From NCBI GenBank assembly GCA_048128005.1, contig JBEUKZ010000036.1, positions 372,001 through 436,000 on the forward strand: a stretch of DNA of 64,000 bases. Direction: 5' to 3'. Each line of letters opens with the position of its first letter. The stretch's first letter is position 1. The translations under genes were made by a program, and so were the position numbers. The notes beneath the pieces are model-generated. The model did no database searches. It saw only the letters and a list, made by a program, of their open reading frames with translations, and was not told where the DNA came from. Origin of the DNA: Veleropilina oligotropha. Its lineage: Eukaryota. Positions 1 to 13,689 of this stretch are shown in pieces.

Positions 1-302
1 GAGGAGTTCTATTCAGATTTCATTCAAATTCGATAAGCATGTTCGTTATGACGAGGACACTCTGCCTAACGATTTTCGTCATTTTCGGATTAAAGATGGC
101 CGCCGTGGTGGCCATTTTGTTTTGAAGAGATTTCCTTTTTGTGCTCTACAGGGAATAGTTCTTATCCGATTTCATTCACATTAGATATACACTATTGGTA
201 TGATGAGGACACTACGCCTATCGATTTTCACCATTTTCGGATTAAAGATCATCATCATGCTACCCTGGCAGCAATTTTGTTTGAATAGATTTCTTGTTTT
301 TA

Positions 303-509
303 CTAGCTATTGGTACCCGTCTTCGCCGGGCAAGTCCCCCCACCCCATTTTTTTTTTTTTTTTTTTGGATAGTGCTCCCTTAAATATTTTTTTTTTTTTC
401 CCGAATTTTCCGAATTTTTTTCGTGGTAAACCTTCCTTGGGGGACCCCGATTAACCCCCCAAAGTTTGAAGGTCCTAGGTCAAAGCGTCTGGGAGGAGTT
501 CAACTTGAA

Positions 510-556
<47 letters not shown>

Positions 557-595
557 CACACACACACATACAATTATAGCTCCATTATATTAAGA
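303..595 (-). mobile_element. Non-autonomous Helitron with (GACA)n microsatellite
   Basis: On the minus strand it starts TC and ends CTAG, with the hairpin cccggcgaagacggg about 10 nt before the end; inserted between A and T. Confidence 0.7.
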
Positions 596-2514
596 TATAT
601 TAAGATTACTACATGGGTTTGTTGTGGAATCTGTTGGTAAATCTGTGTTTAGATATAGTCCTGAAAATTAATATACAGAAAAGGAATATATATATATATA
701 TGTAACATGGATATATTTTCATGTTTTGTAAGTTTTATATATTTATTTTCATTGTATTAAAATAAACCAATCTACTGCGTTTTGTGTGAATGGAATTTAC
801 TTGCCGCTTTTAGATATTACGTAACGTTCGACCGTTTGTGTATTTCCGTTTTGTCGGAATACTCGCGAGAAATTAGTGTCCGTGACGTAGCGCGGTTAAA
901 TGCGATTCTTCGTGCAGTTCCATCTCGGTCGCTGTTCGGAGAGGTTCTCTTAAAAACATTTAGCCCTGCTGCGAGTAAGTTTTACCTAATATCGCTGATT
1001 GCTATATTTATATGTTCGTATTATTATATGAAGATTTGGTAATATGCTCTTTGGTATTTTTATTTATTTAAATGTTTGCTTTGTGTATTTGACAGCAGGG
1101 TGTTGGTGTTCGTCTTCTATGAGATTAAAGATTGTCATCGTACCTTGGTGTTCTCTGTAGTGTAACCCCCGAACGTGCGAAACCCCAACCAAGACAATCA
1201 CAGTGTTACATATATTATCTGGATACCATCGATAAACAGTTTCAATCGGTTTGATCCAAAGTATCGTATCCAAATATTCAATCTTCATTTTCATCACCAG
1301 TAACCACATAGCGCCTACTTGGAAAATCACAAGACCTGATGCAGTCAAAATCATGTTTTTGCAGCTAAACTTTAATTAGTGTCGCATCCTGTAGTAACGT
1401 TACATTGGATTATAAGGCCGCCCCGGTAGTCATGTGGTATCGAGTGCAGACTCTCAAATCACTGACTCGATTACGCTAAATTCTGGAGTGGGTTCGAATA
1501 ATGACTTTGTTCAATTATCAAATTGAATCACAGTTATCTGGATCGCCAGCTCTAAAGCAGGAGATAGCTATCAGTCCTACATGATTACATAATAACTTTG
1601 AAAGAAACAACCTTGGCATTTTATTGTGGATTAAAATAACTAAAAATTATTCAAAATGACCCTGAAGTGGAAACAAGAAAATCTCACAAATTGGCGGTAA
1701 TTTTGAAATCATGTGACAGTGAAACATGCGCTTTCATTGATCACTATTAAGAATATATATCGCGTTTGCCATGCTACTGACATGTCCTATATCGTGCATT
1801 GCAACTGATGGAATATTTAGCTGTATTCAGGCAGTGGGATAAGTAGCATTCTGTGGGCAATAATGATACAAGGATATATTACATGTCCCAATATATCTGA
1901 ATATGACGTTTTCTGGATATTTTACAAATGTCCTATATAGCGTTTTGCATCTATTATTTTCATGTGTACTGTACATTAATATTATAGAGCGAAAATCGGT
2001 GCTACATATGGTATGAAAATCTCACCAAAACAGTCCTTAAATGCAGGTGTTGAACAAAAGCAGTATCCCATTAGTCCTGGATGAAAAGAAAACTTAATTC
2101 CTTAAATAACACATTTGTTTTATTCCTTGTTCAATAAAGCCTGCTGCACAAATATCATTAATAAGTAAACAACATAGGCAAGAAATCCAAAGTTAGATAT
2201 AATAAATGCACACAATATTCGTAAAATACGAAGTCATGTTTTATGCAAGCACAAATTCATTTGTTAAATGCAAGAATTCTTATTACTTCTGACGTTTCTA
2301 AAACTCCAAAACAAGAGTCTCAGAGTACTATTTTATGAAATATAAAATCATATGAAACTTCACATTTTCGACTAAAGGACTCTGACCATATAAGGAAATA
2401 ACATTTATACAAATAATGTAATATCATGATATGTAATGCCAAGCATTTCTTATAATTTATTATAAAGAATGGTGATCAGTAATTATGCAACTTTTATCAT
2501 AAAAATAAACTATA

Positions 2515-4237
2515 AAAACTGTTTCCCGGAACATGGGTATGCCCCGGCAGCATCAATATATTAACTACCAAAGTATGTGTATACAAAAAGCGTCTTGATC
2601 ACTAATATGAACTCCTTGAAAATATTTTAAAAGAAAACTTAAACAAAGTTTATATGTCTAAAAACACCAATTTTATGCAATAATTAAATTTTAGTCATCC
2701 ATATAATAATACCCAAGCATATAAATATGTTCCAAATAGAGCCTTTTGCAGCCATACACATCAACAGGAAAACTTTAACCAGAATTTCTATGTTAAACAA
2801 GCACAGAATGTGTGCAATAACCTGCGTCATAAGCAAAATTTCTACTGTGAAACATGTGTGATACATATAATACAGACCATGTTTCTGTATGATTTCATAG
2901 AATTCACAAATTGGTTTTCAAGAGTTACGCCCCTTTGACAGACTTAGTTAACTATAATAAAGTTGATTAATTATAATTTAATAAAGTATGCAAAATCTTA
3001 AAATGTTTAACTGTTATACCTCTTTTACTACTGTGAAACATGTGTGATACATATAATACAGACCACGTTTCTGTATGATTTAATATTTATTCATCAAAGA
3101 GGCTGTCATGGTAATTTGCTATTCTGTTAGGCAGCATCTCTCAATTCATACATCAAGTGGTCATGCACTTTTTTCAAATTGGTTTGTTGTCGAAGTCGCC
3201 TAAAAGGTGGAAGATCTGGTTGAAATCATTTCAAAATTGTCTTCCCCCCAAGAAGAACAACAACTTACATGTACCATTCATTGACCCTGCTAGACGCAGG
3301 TAAAAACACAAATTTATTTGTAATTATTATAGTGAATTCAATTTTATTAAATATCACTACCAGAGTCCCAGGTAACATCCATATAATCAATACCAAAGCA
3401 TACATATGCTGAAAAGACCCTTATTAAAAACTAATTGAAAATTCTAATAAGAATTTCTATCTTAAAAATCACCATTTTCTTTGCAATAATTAACTCAATT
3501 TTGTCAAATATCACTGCCAGAGTCTCAGGTAACATTCATATAATCAATACCAAAGCATATAATATATGCTGAAGAGTCCCTTGAGCAAGCCATATACGCT
3601 TGATGAAAAACTTCAACCGAAAATTCTAATCATAATTTCTATGTTCAAAAACACCAATTTATTTGCATAAATTAAATTAAATATTATTCAATACCACTGC
3701 CAGAGAATCAGGTAACATTCATATAATCAATACCAAAGCATATATATGCCAAAAAGTCCCTTGAGCAAGCCATATACACTCAATGAAAAACTTTAACCGA
3801 AAATTCGAATAATAATTTCTATGTTCAAAAACACCAATTTATTTGCAATAATTAAATTAAATTTTATTCAATATCACTGCCAGAGTATCAGGTAACATCC
3901 ATATAATCAATATCATATCATATATTATATATGCCAAAAAGTCCTTTGGGCAAGTCGTATACACTCAATGAAAAACTTTAAATGGAAATTTTACCAGAAT
4001 TTCTATGTTCAAAAACACCAATTTATTTGCAATAATTAAATTAAATTTTATTCAATATCATTGTCAGAGTATCAGGTAACTTCCATATAATCAATACCAA
4101 AGCTTATATATGTCAAAAGTCCCTTATGCAAGCCATATACGATCAATGAAAAACTTTAACCAAAACTGCAGACATACGTTCGTACAGACAGAGTGAAAGC
4201 AATATGCCCCTCCGGACTATCGTCCCGGGGAATAAAT
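2515..4237 (-). mobile_element. Helentron/DINE-1-like non-autonomous element with ~180-bp internal tandem repeats
   Basis: tatgcccc subterminal motif at both ends, terminal hairpin cccc-tccggactatcgtcc-cgggg, acag microsatellite, tandem repeats at about 3305-4165. The same end sequence recurs at about 21385. Confidence 0.65.
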
Positions 4238-4856
4238 ATATAATAACACTACAGTACATATTTACAATAAGCTTATAACAGTACTTAATGGCCGGGGTGA
4301 CACTATAAAAGGCGACAGGCAGGGACAAGCTCATTTCTGATTTTGGGAGCAGACAGGAAACATCGAGGAATCGACATTATAAACAATATGATTGGTTGGC
4401 AAATTGTGGAAACTGCGACTTTGATTGACAGTCACATAACAAAAGAGGTACCTAATTACTGTGATGTGATGATGTGTTTTATTAGTGTAGACAATTAACT
4501 TCACAGGCTAGCCAGAATCACAGACGACAGAAGGTCACGCCCAGGCCTCGCCTACCTACCGGGTGGTACTTCACAGGCTAGCCTGAATCACAGACGACAG
4601 AAGGTCACGCCCAGGCGTCGCCTACCTACCGGGTGGTTGCAAATTCCGGCCTTTACAAAGAAAGACATTAACTGGAATCCATACTCCATGACATTAGAAC
4701 AACACGGCGATCAATTAAAGTTTGTTCATTACCTCATTGCAGGTTAAATACGTACCCAGTTTTATCAATCTAACAACTGTTACACAGTAATAATCGCTAA
4801 CAGCTTCAGTTGAGAGTCTGACGCGCTAATCACTCACCCGCCGATGCCGCTCTCAG

Positions 4857-5510
4857 TAATAATAATAATAATATTTATTTTTTAAAGACCATTACACACA
4901 ATGTCTCAACAGTCTGTACATCAACTACATAAACAAGCATTATTAAATAGCAATGGATTATATACAAACATAAATATAGTTTTAGATGCCAAAATGTTGT
5001 CTAAAAATAAAAGTTTTAAGATTAGATTTAAAAGGAGAAAGTTTAGTAAAAGATCTTAGATATATTGGTAGACTATTCCAGAGTTTGGGCGCCGCCACAC
5101 GTAGGGCACGGTCGCCGTACTGTACTGACGTTTTCTTTCCATGGACTTTGAGGGAGAAGGGCAACAGCTTCACCTCAGTGCTACTCCTAGTGCGGTATAC
5201 TGGTTTATGAACATTAATCAAGTCAGTGAGGTAGTAAGGCGCTGACTCACCATGGCGTATAACTTTAAAAATAATGCAAAGAATTTTGAAAATAATTAGT
5301 TGCTCAACTGGAAGCCAATGTAGCTCTTTTAAAATAGGCGACATATCCGCATGACGATCTAGCTTCCATCTGGTGACCAGCCTAGCAGCGGAATTCTGAA
5401 TATGCTGTATTTTTTTGATTTTGTAGTTTGGAAGACCATAGAACAAACTATTACAATAATCAAGTTTCGATGTGACAAAGCCATGTACTAATTTTTCAGT
5501 AATTGCCACA
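4857..5510 (-). mobile_element. 5'-truncated L2/CR1-group LINE fragment (RT C-terminal region and 3' tail)
   Basis: LVHGFVTSKLDYCNSL.YGLP...QNSAARLV...LHWLPV...APKLWNSLP..LR is the typical post-RT region; (TTA)n tail at about 4857-4873. Confidence 0.88.
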
Positions 5511-6653
5511 CATTTTATTATAAATAGCAAAAGGCACCAGATCATCAGCTGCTTAATACTCGTACCAAATTCCGTAAAGATATGTTGAGCAATTTATGAT
5601 ATATGCTCCAGAAAAGATAATTTACATGGGCAGAAGGCCGCGCACGCACCGACTCTGCATTTTAATATCCCTCGCAAAGTTTTTAGGCACAAAATAAATA
5701 TTTTTCATATTAATTCATTAATGAAGAAAATAAAGTGTCTCCGATATGTTTTCTTTTATAAATTTTCACAAATTGTTAACCTGATATTGAAATTATATAA
5801 AAGTGTGGTGTTCGTTTATTTTTTGGCTGAGTATATCATTGTTTAAGCTTAATTAAAGGTCTTCATGGTTTACAATCTTTGATGCATATAATATGTATAT
5901 ATGTACTAACACAATGGCCTGTAAATACAGTAATGGAAAAGTTACATCTAAATATAAAAGAAATCTAGTATACTATAATAAATTCACAGATCTCGATAAA
6001 AATATTTATATACATTATATATAAAATCAATGCTGATTTAAAAAAAACTGATTTTCCATATTTAAAATTAAATTAGTAAAAAATGCATAAAAAAATTTGG
6101 AAATTAGCATCACAAAATAAGATCTTAGTAGCCATGTGTGTAAAACAACATCAACACACCTAAAACAACATCAACACACCTAAAAGTTTGAGGTTCTAGG
6201 TTGGATATTACAATACAAATGCACAAAAAGTCCATCAACAATAAGATGCCAAGAGATTATTCTCCGATTATAATTATTGAATCACCACACATGTTCTCAC
6301 CAATAATCACCCGATCATACTAATGTAGCACCCTAAAATGTGGAATGTCTACGACCGTAAAATGTGTACTTTGTGAAGCAATTTTACGTTGTCTGATAAA
6401 ATTTATAATAAAAATATAATACTGTCAGATCTGATAGGCTATCATCACATTCTTTTGTGAAAAAAGTCAAATACTTCAATATATATCACAGTTTTATATA
6501 TCTAAACTTATTGAACAACATACATTGCAGAACTTTCTCGATCCTTGTCAGAAATGCACCCATTGCATTAACACTGACCAGCGCTTTCACTTTAACATGT
6601 CCTCGTTGAGAAAACACACTCGGAATCCCAACCCGTTGACGACGTGTTCAGAT

Positions 6654-6769
6654 TTATTCCTTCGTGACATGCTCCCGTGAATAAATTCCTTCTTGCTTGA
6701 GTCTCTTTAGAATTGGACGATAAATGTCTGACGAAAATGGCCTGACCACTCCCTTCTTCTGAATTTCAC
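6654..6769 (-). CDS. AASS: AASS terminal coding exon (EIQKKGVVRPFSSDIYRPILKRLKQEGIYSREHVTKE*)
   Basis: Matches the AASS C-terminus (GEI..KG...P....IY.PIL.RL..EGI); tttcag acceptor; TAA at 6654-6656. Confidence 0.94.
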
Positions 6770-7171
6770 CTGAAATTAAATGACCAATTCAGTTTCATAC
6801 GTTATTATATTAATTTAAAATTTATTATTAAATTATATATCGTATTAAAAAAATATATTATATGCAGTTTTATCCTGTCAGAGAACTAATTCACTATCAT
6901 GAAATATAGCATGTTCACTGACATTATCCTTTTATATTTCCAGTGTCAAAACAGTAAAAATATCAGAAAATGTATTCAATATTGAAATCCGACATCTCGT
7001 CTGATTCACAAAACCACACTGGAACAGAACTGCGTGCAACTGTTATCTAAATGTTAACGTTACAGTGGCAGATCAGACTACTATTAAATACATTCATTGG
7101 TTACATGTCTGTTCAACAGCTGAATGTTAAAAGGAACATCAGTTCGATTCATATGGGTCATGGACTACATA

Positions 7172-8348
7172 CATGTGATACCTCCCGCCGGGAGTATAAT
7201 TCTCCCGAAATCGGCACCCCCAAAATGGCCTACTCCCGAAATTACAGAAATATCCCGAAATGACAAATTCCTACCGGAATATCTTGATTTCTCCCTCAAA
7301 GCTATTTTCGCAATGTTATTTCTTATCCGCAATAGTTTTGGAGTCGATAACGGAACTCGTTTAATAAGTCGTCAAATACAGTAGATGCTGTAACAATATA
7401 CCTCTACATAAATTGTGTAGATATAACGCGATAGAGCATGAAGATTATTGTCAAAATATTCGTTTGATACTTCGTTTACCACAAGCACTCAGCGTTCTTT
7501 TGTTGAAACATTGAAGCGTGCTGTTGTGTTGATAGCAATTGTCGCGCAGTAATTTTGGGAACTATTTACGGAAATATACGAGTGTTTTCCGACTTTCATA
7601 TCTCTTTATGTTGCGTTACAAAATAATCTCGCACCGGGTATTTAAATTTGTACTATTTAATACGAAGATAATTTTCGAATCAACGTTGTGATCTATTTGA
7701 TGTAGGACCGTAGTTCACAAAGAATTAGATGTCAATAGAGCTGATAAAGCAAATTAATTGGGAATAAATGCTATGAAAATGTCTATTGTTTAATTACTCA
7801 TCAAGAGTTTCAGTAGAGTTGCCAAATAATAGGGATTAGCGCAACTGACATGATCTGAGCTCGAGTGATTTAATACAAGTTTGCATTTATCGGCAAAGTA
7901 CATAGCTATTAGGCCTAACCGCAAAGGTAATCTGGATTGTCCGCAAGAACTTTTAAAAATATAAGATTATTAATGATAATCGGCTTTTTTAGGTTTAATT
8001 TTGTTATGACAACATATGTTACTATGCTGATCAAGTAATTAAGTAATTAAGGCTGTGCATGTTGTACTTTACTGAAGATATATATACAATAAGAATTGTA
8101 AATATTTAAGGTTGTATTATATAATTATTTTATGGTGTTTAATATATATATATTTAATTATAATATTTATTGATATTGTTTTGATTGCATAAATAAAATA
8201 ATATTTCATTTCTATGAACGCCTTTTTATGCATATAATTTCAAATATATGACGAAATCGACGATAAATTCCTCCGATAAAAATACTTCTGGAATCTCCTG
8301 GAATATTGACCCCAACCTCCTGGAATGGTATTTTGGGTTTATCACATG
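7172..8348. mobile_element. Putative non-autonomous DNA transposon
   Basis: Short inverted termini catgtgata / tatcacatg flanked by TA on both sides; no coding capacity seen. Confidence 0.4.
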
Positions 8349-8510
8349 TATGGGACTAATGATTATGTTAAAAATAATTATGTTAATTTTAATTTAACAC
8401 CTATTATTAAAATATGTGTACTAAAATTAAGATGATTATCGAAAGGCACGGGTGACACTAAAATGGTTACATCGCCATTGGATAAATATCTCAACTCTTA
8501 ACTGCATGCA

Positions 8511-9558
8511 TGAAACAAGAGGCCTATCGGCCTAGAGAGCTCCGCTAAAGGCCCGTATTTATTTAAACTTGATTACTTCACTATTGTCAATAAATCTGAA
8601 AAATTGACAACAAACGAGAATATTAGAATAACCAAGATATAGAATTTACAAATTTCTGCAGAGAACAAAAGGAAGGGCCATGCTAAATTAGACAAAAAGT
8701 TATCAGACAGATTTTACGAAATTGATTGAAATCTAAAGTATTGACAACAAACAAACGTGAATATCAGGGCAACAGAGATGTAAAATTTTCTAATTTTCAA
8801 AGAGTGTATTCAGAACATCATAAGGAAGGCTCATGTCAAATTAGAAACAAAGTTATCAAATAGTTATTGAGGAATTGGCTGAAATCTAAAGAAACGAGAA
8901 TATCAGGATAACCGAGCAGTAGAATTTTTTTTTTTGGGGGGGGAGGCGAGTACAATCAAATCATCATTAGAAAGGTCCATGCCAAATTAGACAAGAAGTT
9001 ATTAGACAGATTTTAAGAAATTGATTGAAATCTGAAATATTGAAAACAAACATGAATATCGATAAGACCGAGATGTGGATTCAGAACACCATAAGGTAGG
9101 CTCATGTCAAATTAGAAAAAATGTTATCAAACAGTTTTTGAGATATTGACTGAAATCTGAAAAATGGCCTCAAAAACAGACGAACAAACGTGAATATCGG
9201 GACAACCGAGACGTAGAAATTTTTAATTTTCACACAGTATATTCAGAACATCATAAGGAAGGCTCATGCCAAATTAGAAAAAAAGTTATCAGACAGTTTT
9301 TCAGATATTGACTGAAATCTGACAAATTGACAACAAACAGACAAACAAACATGAATATCAGGAAAACCGAGACGTAGAATTTTTTAATTTTTCCTGAGTA
9401 CATGCTGAACATCATAAGGAAGACTCGTACCAAATTAGAAAAAAAGTTATCAGACAGTTTTTGAGATATATGCATTTGAAGTCAAATGGAGACGCCGGAC
9501 GGACAACTCGGTATTAGAAAAGCTCCGCTGACTGGCGTCATAGCGGAGCTAATAAAAG
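8511..9558 (-). mobile_element. Helentron/DINE-1-like element with internal tandem repeats
   Basis: agctccgct subterminal motif at both ends, terminal hairpin agctccgct-gactggcgtcat-agcggagct, ggac microsatellite, degenerate ~170-bp repeats. Confidence 0.7.
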
Positions 9559-9597
9559 GATTGTACAATATCGCTCATGTGACCTCCTGGTGGTTAA

Positions 9598-9861
9598 GTG
9601 GCCGCTTCGGCAGCGCAGTGGGTAGAGTGTCCACTCTAAATTCACTGGCTTGATTCCGCTAATGCGAACAGTAGTGGGTTCAATACCTGGCTGAGGCATT
9701 GAAATTTGTTCAAGTTATGAATCACAGTTGTCCGTGACTGGCCGAAGAGGGCGGGTTTACCCGGGCGACCGGGGTTTCCTACCGTGATAACACAGACATG
9801 TCCTGCCTTGAACCTCGATGTTGTAAATATACAGAACATTAAGCATCATTCCTCCCTCCTC
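9598..9861 (+). mobile_element. tRNA-derived SINE, full length
   Basis: A-box-like gcgcagtgg, B-box ggttcaatacc, core gggtttacccgggcgaccggggtttcct, (cct)n tail, 12-bp TSD cctggtggttaa (9586-9597 and 9862-9873). Confidence 0.9.
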
Positions 9862-9921
9862 CCTGGTGGTTAATATGTTTCACTCATTGGTCACATTTTT
9901 GCCGTCGGAGATGTATCCCAC

Positions 9922-10098
9922 CTTCCAGCACCATCTTGGTGGCGATACCGGTTGGGAAGCCCACAGTTTTGGCCATTGCCGTGTCACCGTCGACTTCGCC
10001 GTACATGATCAACCCAATGTGGCGGGTTTCGTGTGATCCATCCGCCCACCTCACGCCCACTTCGTGGCGCATGATAATGATATCGCGCTCACCAGGAC
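9922..10098 (-). CDS. AASS: AASS exon (PGERDIIIMRHEVGVRWADGSHETRHIGLIMYGEVDGDTAMAKTVGFPTGIATKMVLEG)
   Basis: Conserved ERD..IMRH and AMAKTVG.P motifs; tag and gtggg boundaries. Confidence 0.96.
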
Positions 10099-10369
10099 CT
10101 ATGGTGGATGTAGATAAAAGAAAACAAAAATGTTACCTATATCCAAAATGTTGGATAAATATTTCAAACCTTAGAAATATCTGTTTGATAAGTGAATAAT
10201 AATAATATCATTATAATACTGAAAGAAATAATATTTCATTAATTTATTTATAATTTATAGTTATGCATGATAAAAATATTCAGATCCGGTTCTCCTTTAA
10301 ATTAATTGAAATTTACTTAATATATATTGCTGAAAATGAATAAAACAAATCAGGAATACTTAGCCTTAA

Positions 10370-10825
10370 AGAGACTATTGCCCGTAAATGCGCTCTTTCG
10401 CACGAGTTGTCTCTGGCACGAGTTGTCCTGACACCATCTATCGCCCGGTTCGCGCAGATTGATACAAATTTCGCGAAGATATGATCGATATATGATCAAA
10501 TGATAGACTTTTATTGAAATTATTATAATTTTAACTGGGCAATATAAGTTATCGTCAAGTAGAAAGCTATCTTACTTGACGAGCAGAAACCAACGCAACT
10601 GTGCTCAAACTAGGTCAATTGGAAATGAACTCTGTGCGAGGTAATTAAACGCGGACCGCGTTTTATTATTTTAAATATTCAGTAGCGATTAATTTAAACG
10701 GTAGAAAATTACTGATGAAAGTTGAATGTTGAAAATTCCTAACTTTTTATGTTATAAACAAAAAGTGTAATGCTGTTAGTTTTCTTTTTAAAAAAGAAAG
10801 AGCGCATTTACAGGCAATAGTCTCT
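10370..10825. mobile_element. MITE with TTAA target duplication, Kolobok-like
   Basis: About 29-bp TIR agagactattgcccgtaaatgcgctcttt with AG...CT termini, flanked by TTAA on both sides. Confidence 0.8.
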
Positions 10826-10846
10826 TTAATTGATGGCCATACTTAC

Positions 10847-10935
10847 CAAAGGCAAGACGTTTGGCCAAGTAATTGGATAAAGTATCGATGGGTGTGCCTT
10901 TCTTATCAACAAGTTCATCACCCAACAAATCAAGA
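10847..10935 (-). CDS. AASS: AASS exon (LDLLGDELVDKKGTPIDTLSNYLAKRLAFG)
   Basis: LLGDE..TP.D.L motif; ttcag and gtaag boundaries. Confidence 0.93.
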
Positions 10936-11519
10936 CTGAAAAACAATGAATCGACATCAGCATTTGGTTGCATGAATCGACATCAGCATTTGGTTGCATG
11001 TTTCTCGTTTAATGGAGATGATCATCCAATCCAAAATGGCTGATCATTGGAACGAAGTAAACTTCACCTATTGACAATTCCGACAGATTTATCGGAATTA
11101 TATGTTTACATGCTAAATACAATTGATTGATGTTTAACCCTATGGCAACCTGAAGTGTGTTATTGACGCAACCATCCAATATAAAAATTAAAATAGGAAT
11201 ATATAATTTATAATAACAGTGGAAATTGGAAAGTTACGTTATTATTTTACGTAAATAAAAGATAAGAAATCAAGGGGAGATAATTTAGGGGCACGACTTT
11301 TATGAATGTATGTTTGTATGTCTGTCTGATTGTATGTATGTATATGTATATTATATTTATTTACATATCATCCTTTTTTATGGATAGATGAATTCATGCA
11401 TAATTGTCACAGTTGTATAGCTTATACATTATATGTATATTATATACATTAGCTTATGTTACTTTTATTTATTAGCATGTATTTAGTGGCTTTTGTTCTT
11501 TATTTAAGGTGCTGCTTCA

Positions 11520-11986
11520 CAACAGAGAGATACGATGATGAGGCTCCACTACCAGCCAAGTCCAGATTGGAAATACAAGAAAATGACCTTGACCTTTGAC
11601 CCATTGACCCCATCTTTGAAATTAGGCAAGGCCTATTTGTATACAAGGTGTATACCAAATATGAAAAGCGAAGGTCCAGCGGTCCGTCTTCTATTTGACA
11701 GAAAGCAATTTTCCAAGTCCAGATTGAAAATACACGAAAATGACCTTGACCTTTGCCGAGTGACCCCATCTTTGAACTTGGGCAAAGCCTGATGGTATAC
11801 AAGGTGTATACCCAATGTGAAAAGCATAGGTCCAGCGGTTCGTCTTCTATGTGACAGAAAGCGATCTTCCAAGTCCAGATTGGAAATACACGAAAATGAT
11901 AATGTGATAGACAGCGATCAGCGGACACCAACGCCGACGGATGCCAGTCCACGATTATAGCCCTGCCTAACAGGCGGACCAAAAAA
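11520..11986 (-). mobile_element. Helentron/DINE-1-like fragment with ~160-bp gaccttgacctttg repeats
   Basis: Two tandem ~160-bp units plus a terminal hairpin (cctgcctaacagg). Confidence 0.55.
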
Positions 11987-12794
11987 TTGACGAGGGGTAC
12001 CCCAGGCAGTTGAAGCGGCAAAGATTCAAATATTTCCTATAACAGTAATAATCAGTATTTCATTGTTTTGAAATGATTATTATTGCTAGGTTTTATTGGA
12101 TGTATATCAAAATGAAGAAATGTTTTATCAGGAAACATGCTTATTGAAATTGATGTGTTGTTGTTATTTCACGTAAATGAAATTTACATAAATTATCTTA
12201 TTTTTGGGTATTATATGTATATATAATGTCTAGCTTGTCATGATTTAATAGGTAGATTATTCCATTATATTCTAAATAATACATAGTCTATATGATATGT
12301 ATTACATATTATCACACATTGTCTTAGTGTTGGTATTGATAAGTGAATTTTTGTCCTATTTTTTATATATTAGCCTTTTATGTATTTGCATCTGAAATTT
12401 GCCATATAACCGTAATAATCTGTATTTTTTGTTCCATAATTGTTCGTAATATTTTATCATGATAAAATATGATTTTGAAACATGATAACAAGAGGTTTTT
12501 AAGTAAACCTAGTATTAGTTAGAATATACTTACGTCATTACCTATGCCATAATAGCCCTATTATCGCTAAACCGGAAACTGTGAAAAAGCGTTTCACTTT
12601 CATTTAAACTTACACGCTTACCCCCCCTGCTCCCCTCTCTCGCGTTCCTCCCACGAGATCTGCCCAAGTCTCGCGAGACCTCAGAGACCAAGACAGATCT
12701 GGTATCCTTTTTAAGTCAGAGGAATCTGCAGTGCGTAGAGGAACTTAGCAAGAGGGGTTGGATGCGAATGCCATGAGCAGGGTGGGTAGACGTG

Positions 12795-12882
12795 TAATGA
12801 CGTAAGCATATTCTAACTAATACTAGGTTTACTTAAAAACCTCTTATTAGTAGCAATATACTCTACGTCATTACCTATGCCA
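12795..12882. other. DIRS copy 1 internal complementary region (ICR)
   Basis: First half is the reverse complement of 12490-12540; second half is the reverse complement of 19952-19989; junction aaaaacctct-tattagtag. Confidence 0.93.
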
Positions 12883-13689
12883 GAATAACTTTGGACGGTG
12901 GGCTAAGTTCTAACGAAATTAATACCCAAACAAGTTACTTACTTGTCACCATGGAGACAGCTAGTATCGCCGACTCGCGTCCGCTCAGGATGGAATTACT
13001 GAGTATTACAATTCTACCCTTACCCCGACAGAATTTTGACCAATGAACCTGGGAAAAAACGCCAGAGGTGTTAGTCGGACAAGGTGACGCGAAAGTGCAA
13101 TCAGCCCCAGGCAAGGCCGGAGGATAAATCCTGTAGGACTTAGATGTCATGGACCGAAGCAGCTTTTAGTAAATCCTGGGCGTCGAGGCCGGTAACCAAA
13201 AGATGCAGTCAACTTGCGACAAACATACAGTACCTGAAAAGGTTGTGAATGTAACCAGTTATGCAATAATTAATAGATATAAGTAATATATACACGTACA
13301 TATTATATTCCATATTAATCATAAATTCGCTTGACCAAATAGCGAAATGCAAACATGTCCCCATGTTACTTAAAGAATATTTAAAGATTGAATGATATTA
13401 AATTTTTCAATGTCGCAACACCGTAAGCTCATAACAGCAAATGAACTTCAATAATATCAAAATCTAAAAAAACCCTTTTAAGATTTAGCATTATAAATGT
13501 CTACTTTCAATGTGAGTGGCATGTGTCATGTGAACTCAGATCTGACAATTTAGTCTCAGTCCATAAATAGCAATATTGGACTGCAGACAACACAATGAAA
13601 ACAACACTAATTGTTAGCAAGCTACACAATAGAGTTGCACATAAATGCGGAGTGACTGTATAATTACAATTAATTGTTTACAATACCTG

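Noticed and set aside
4982..5545. 187-aa ORF as a host gene
   Set aside because: It is the truncated 3' end of a LINE ORF2 with no RT catalytic core.
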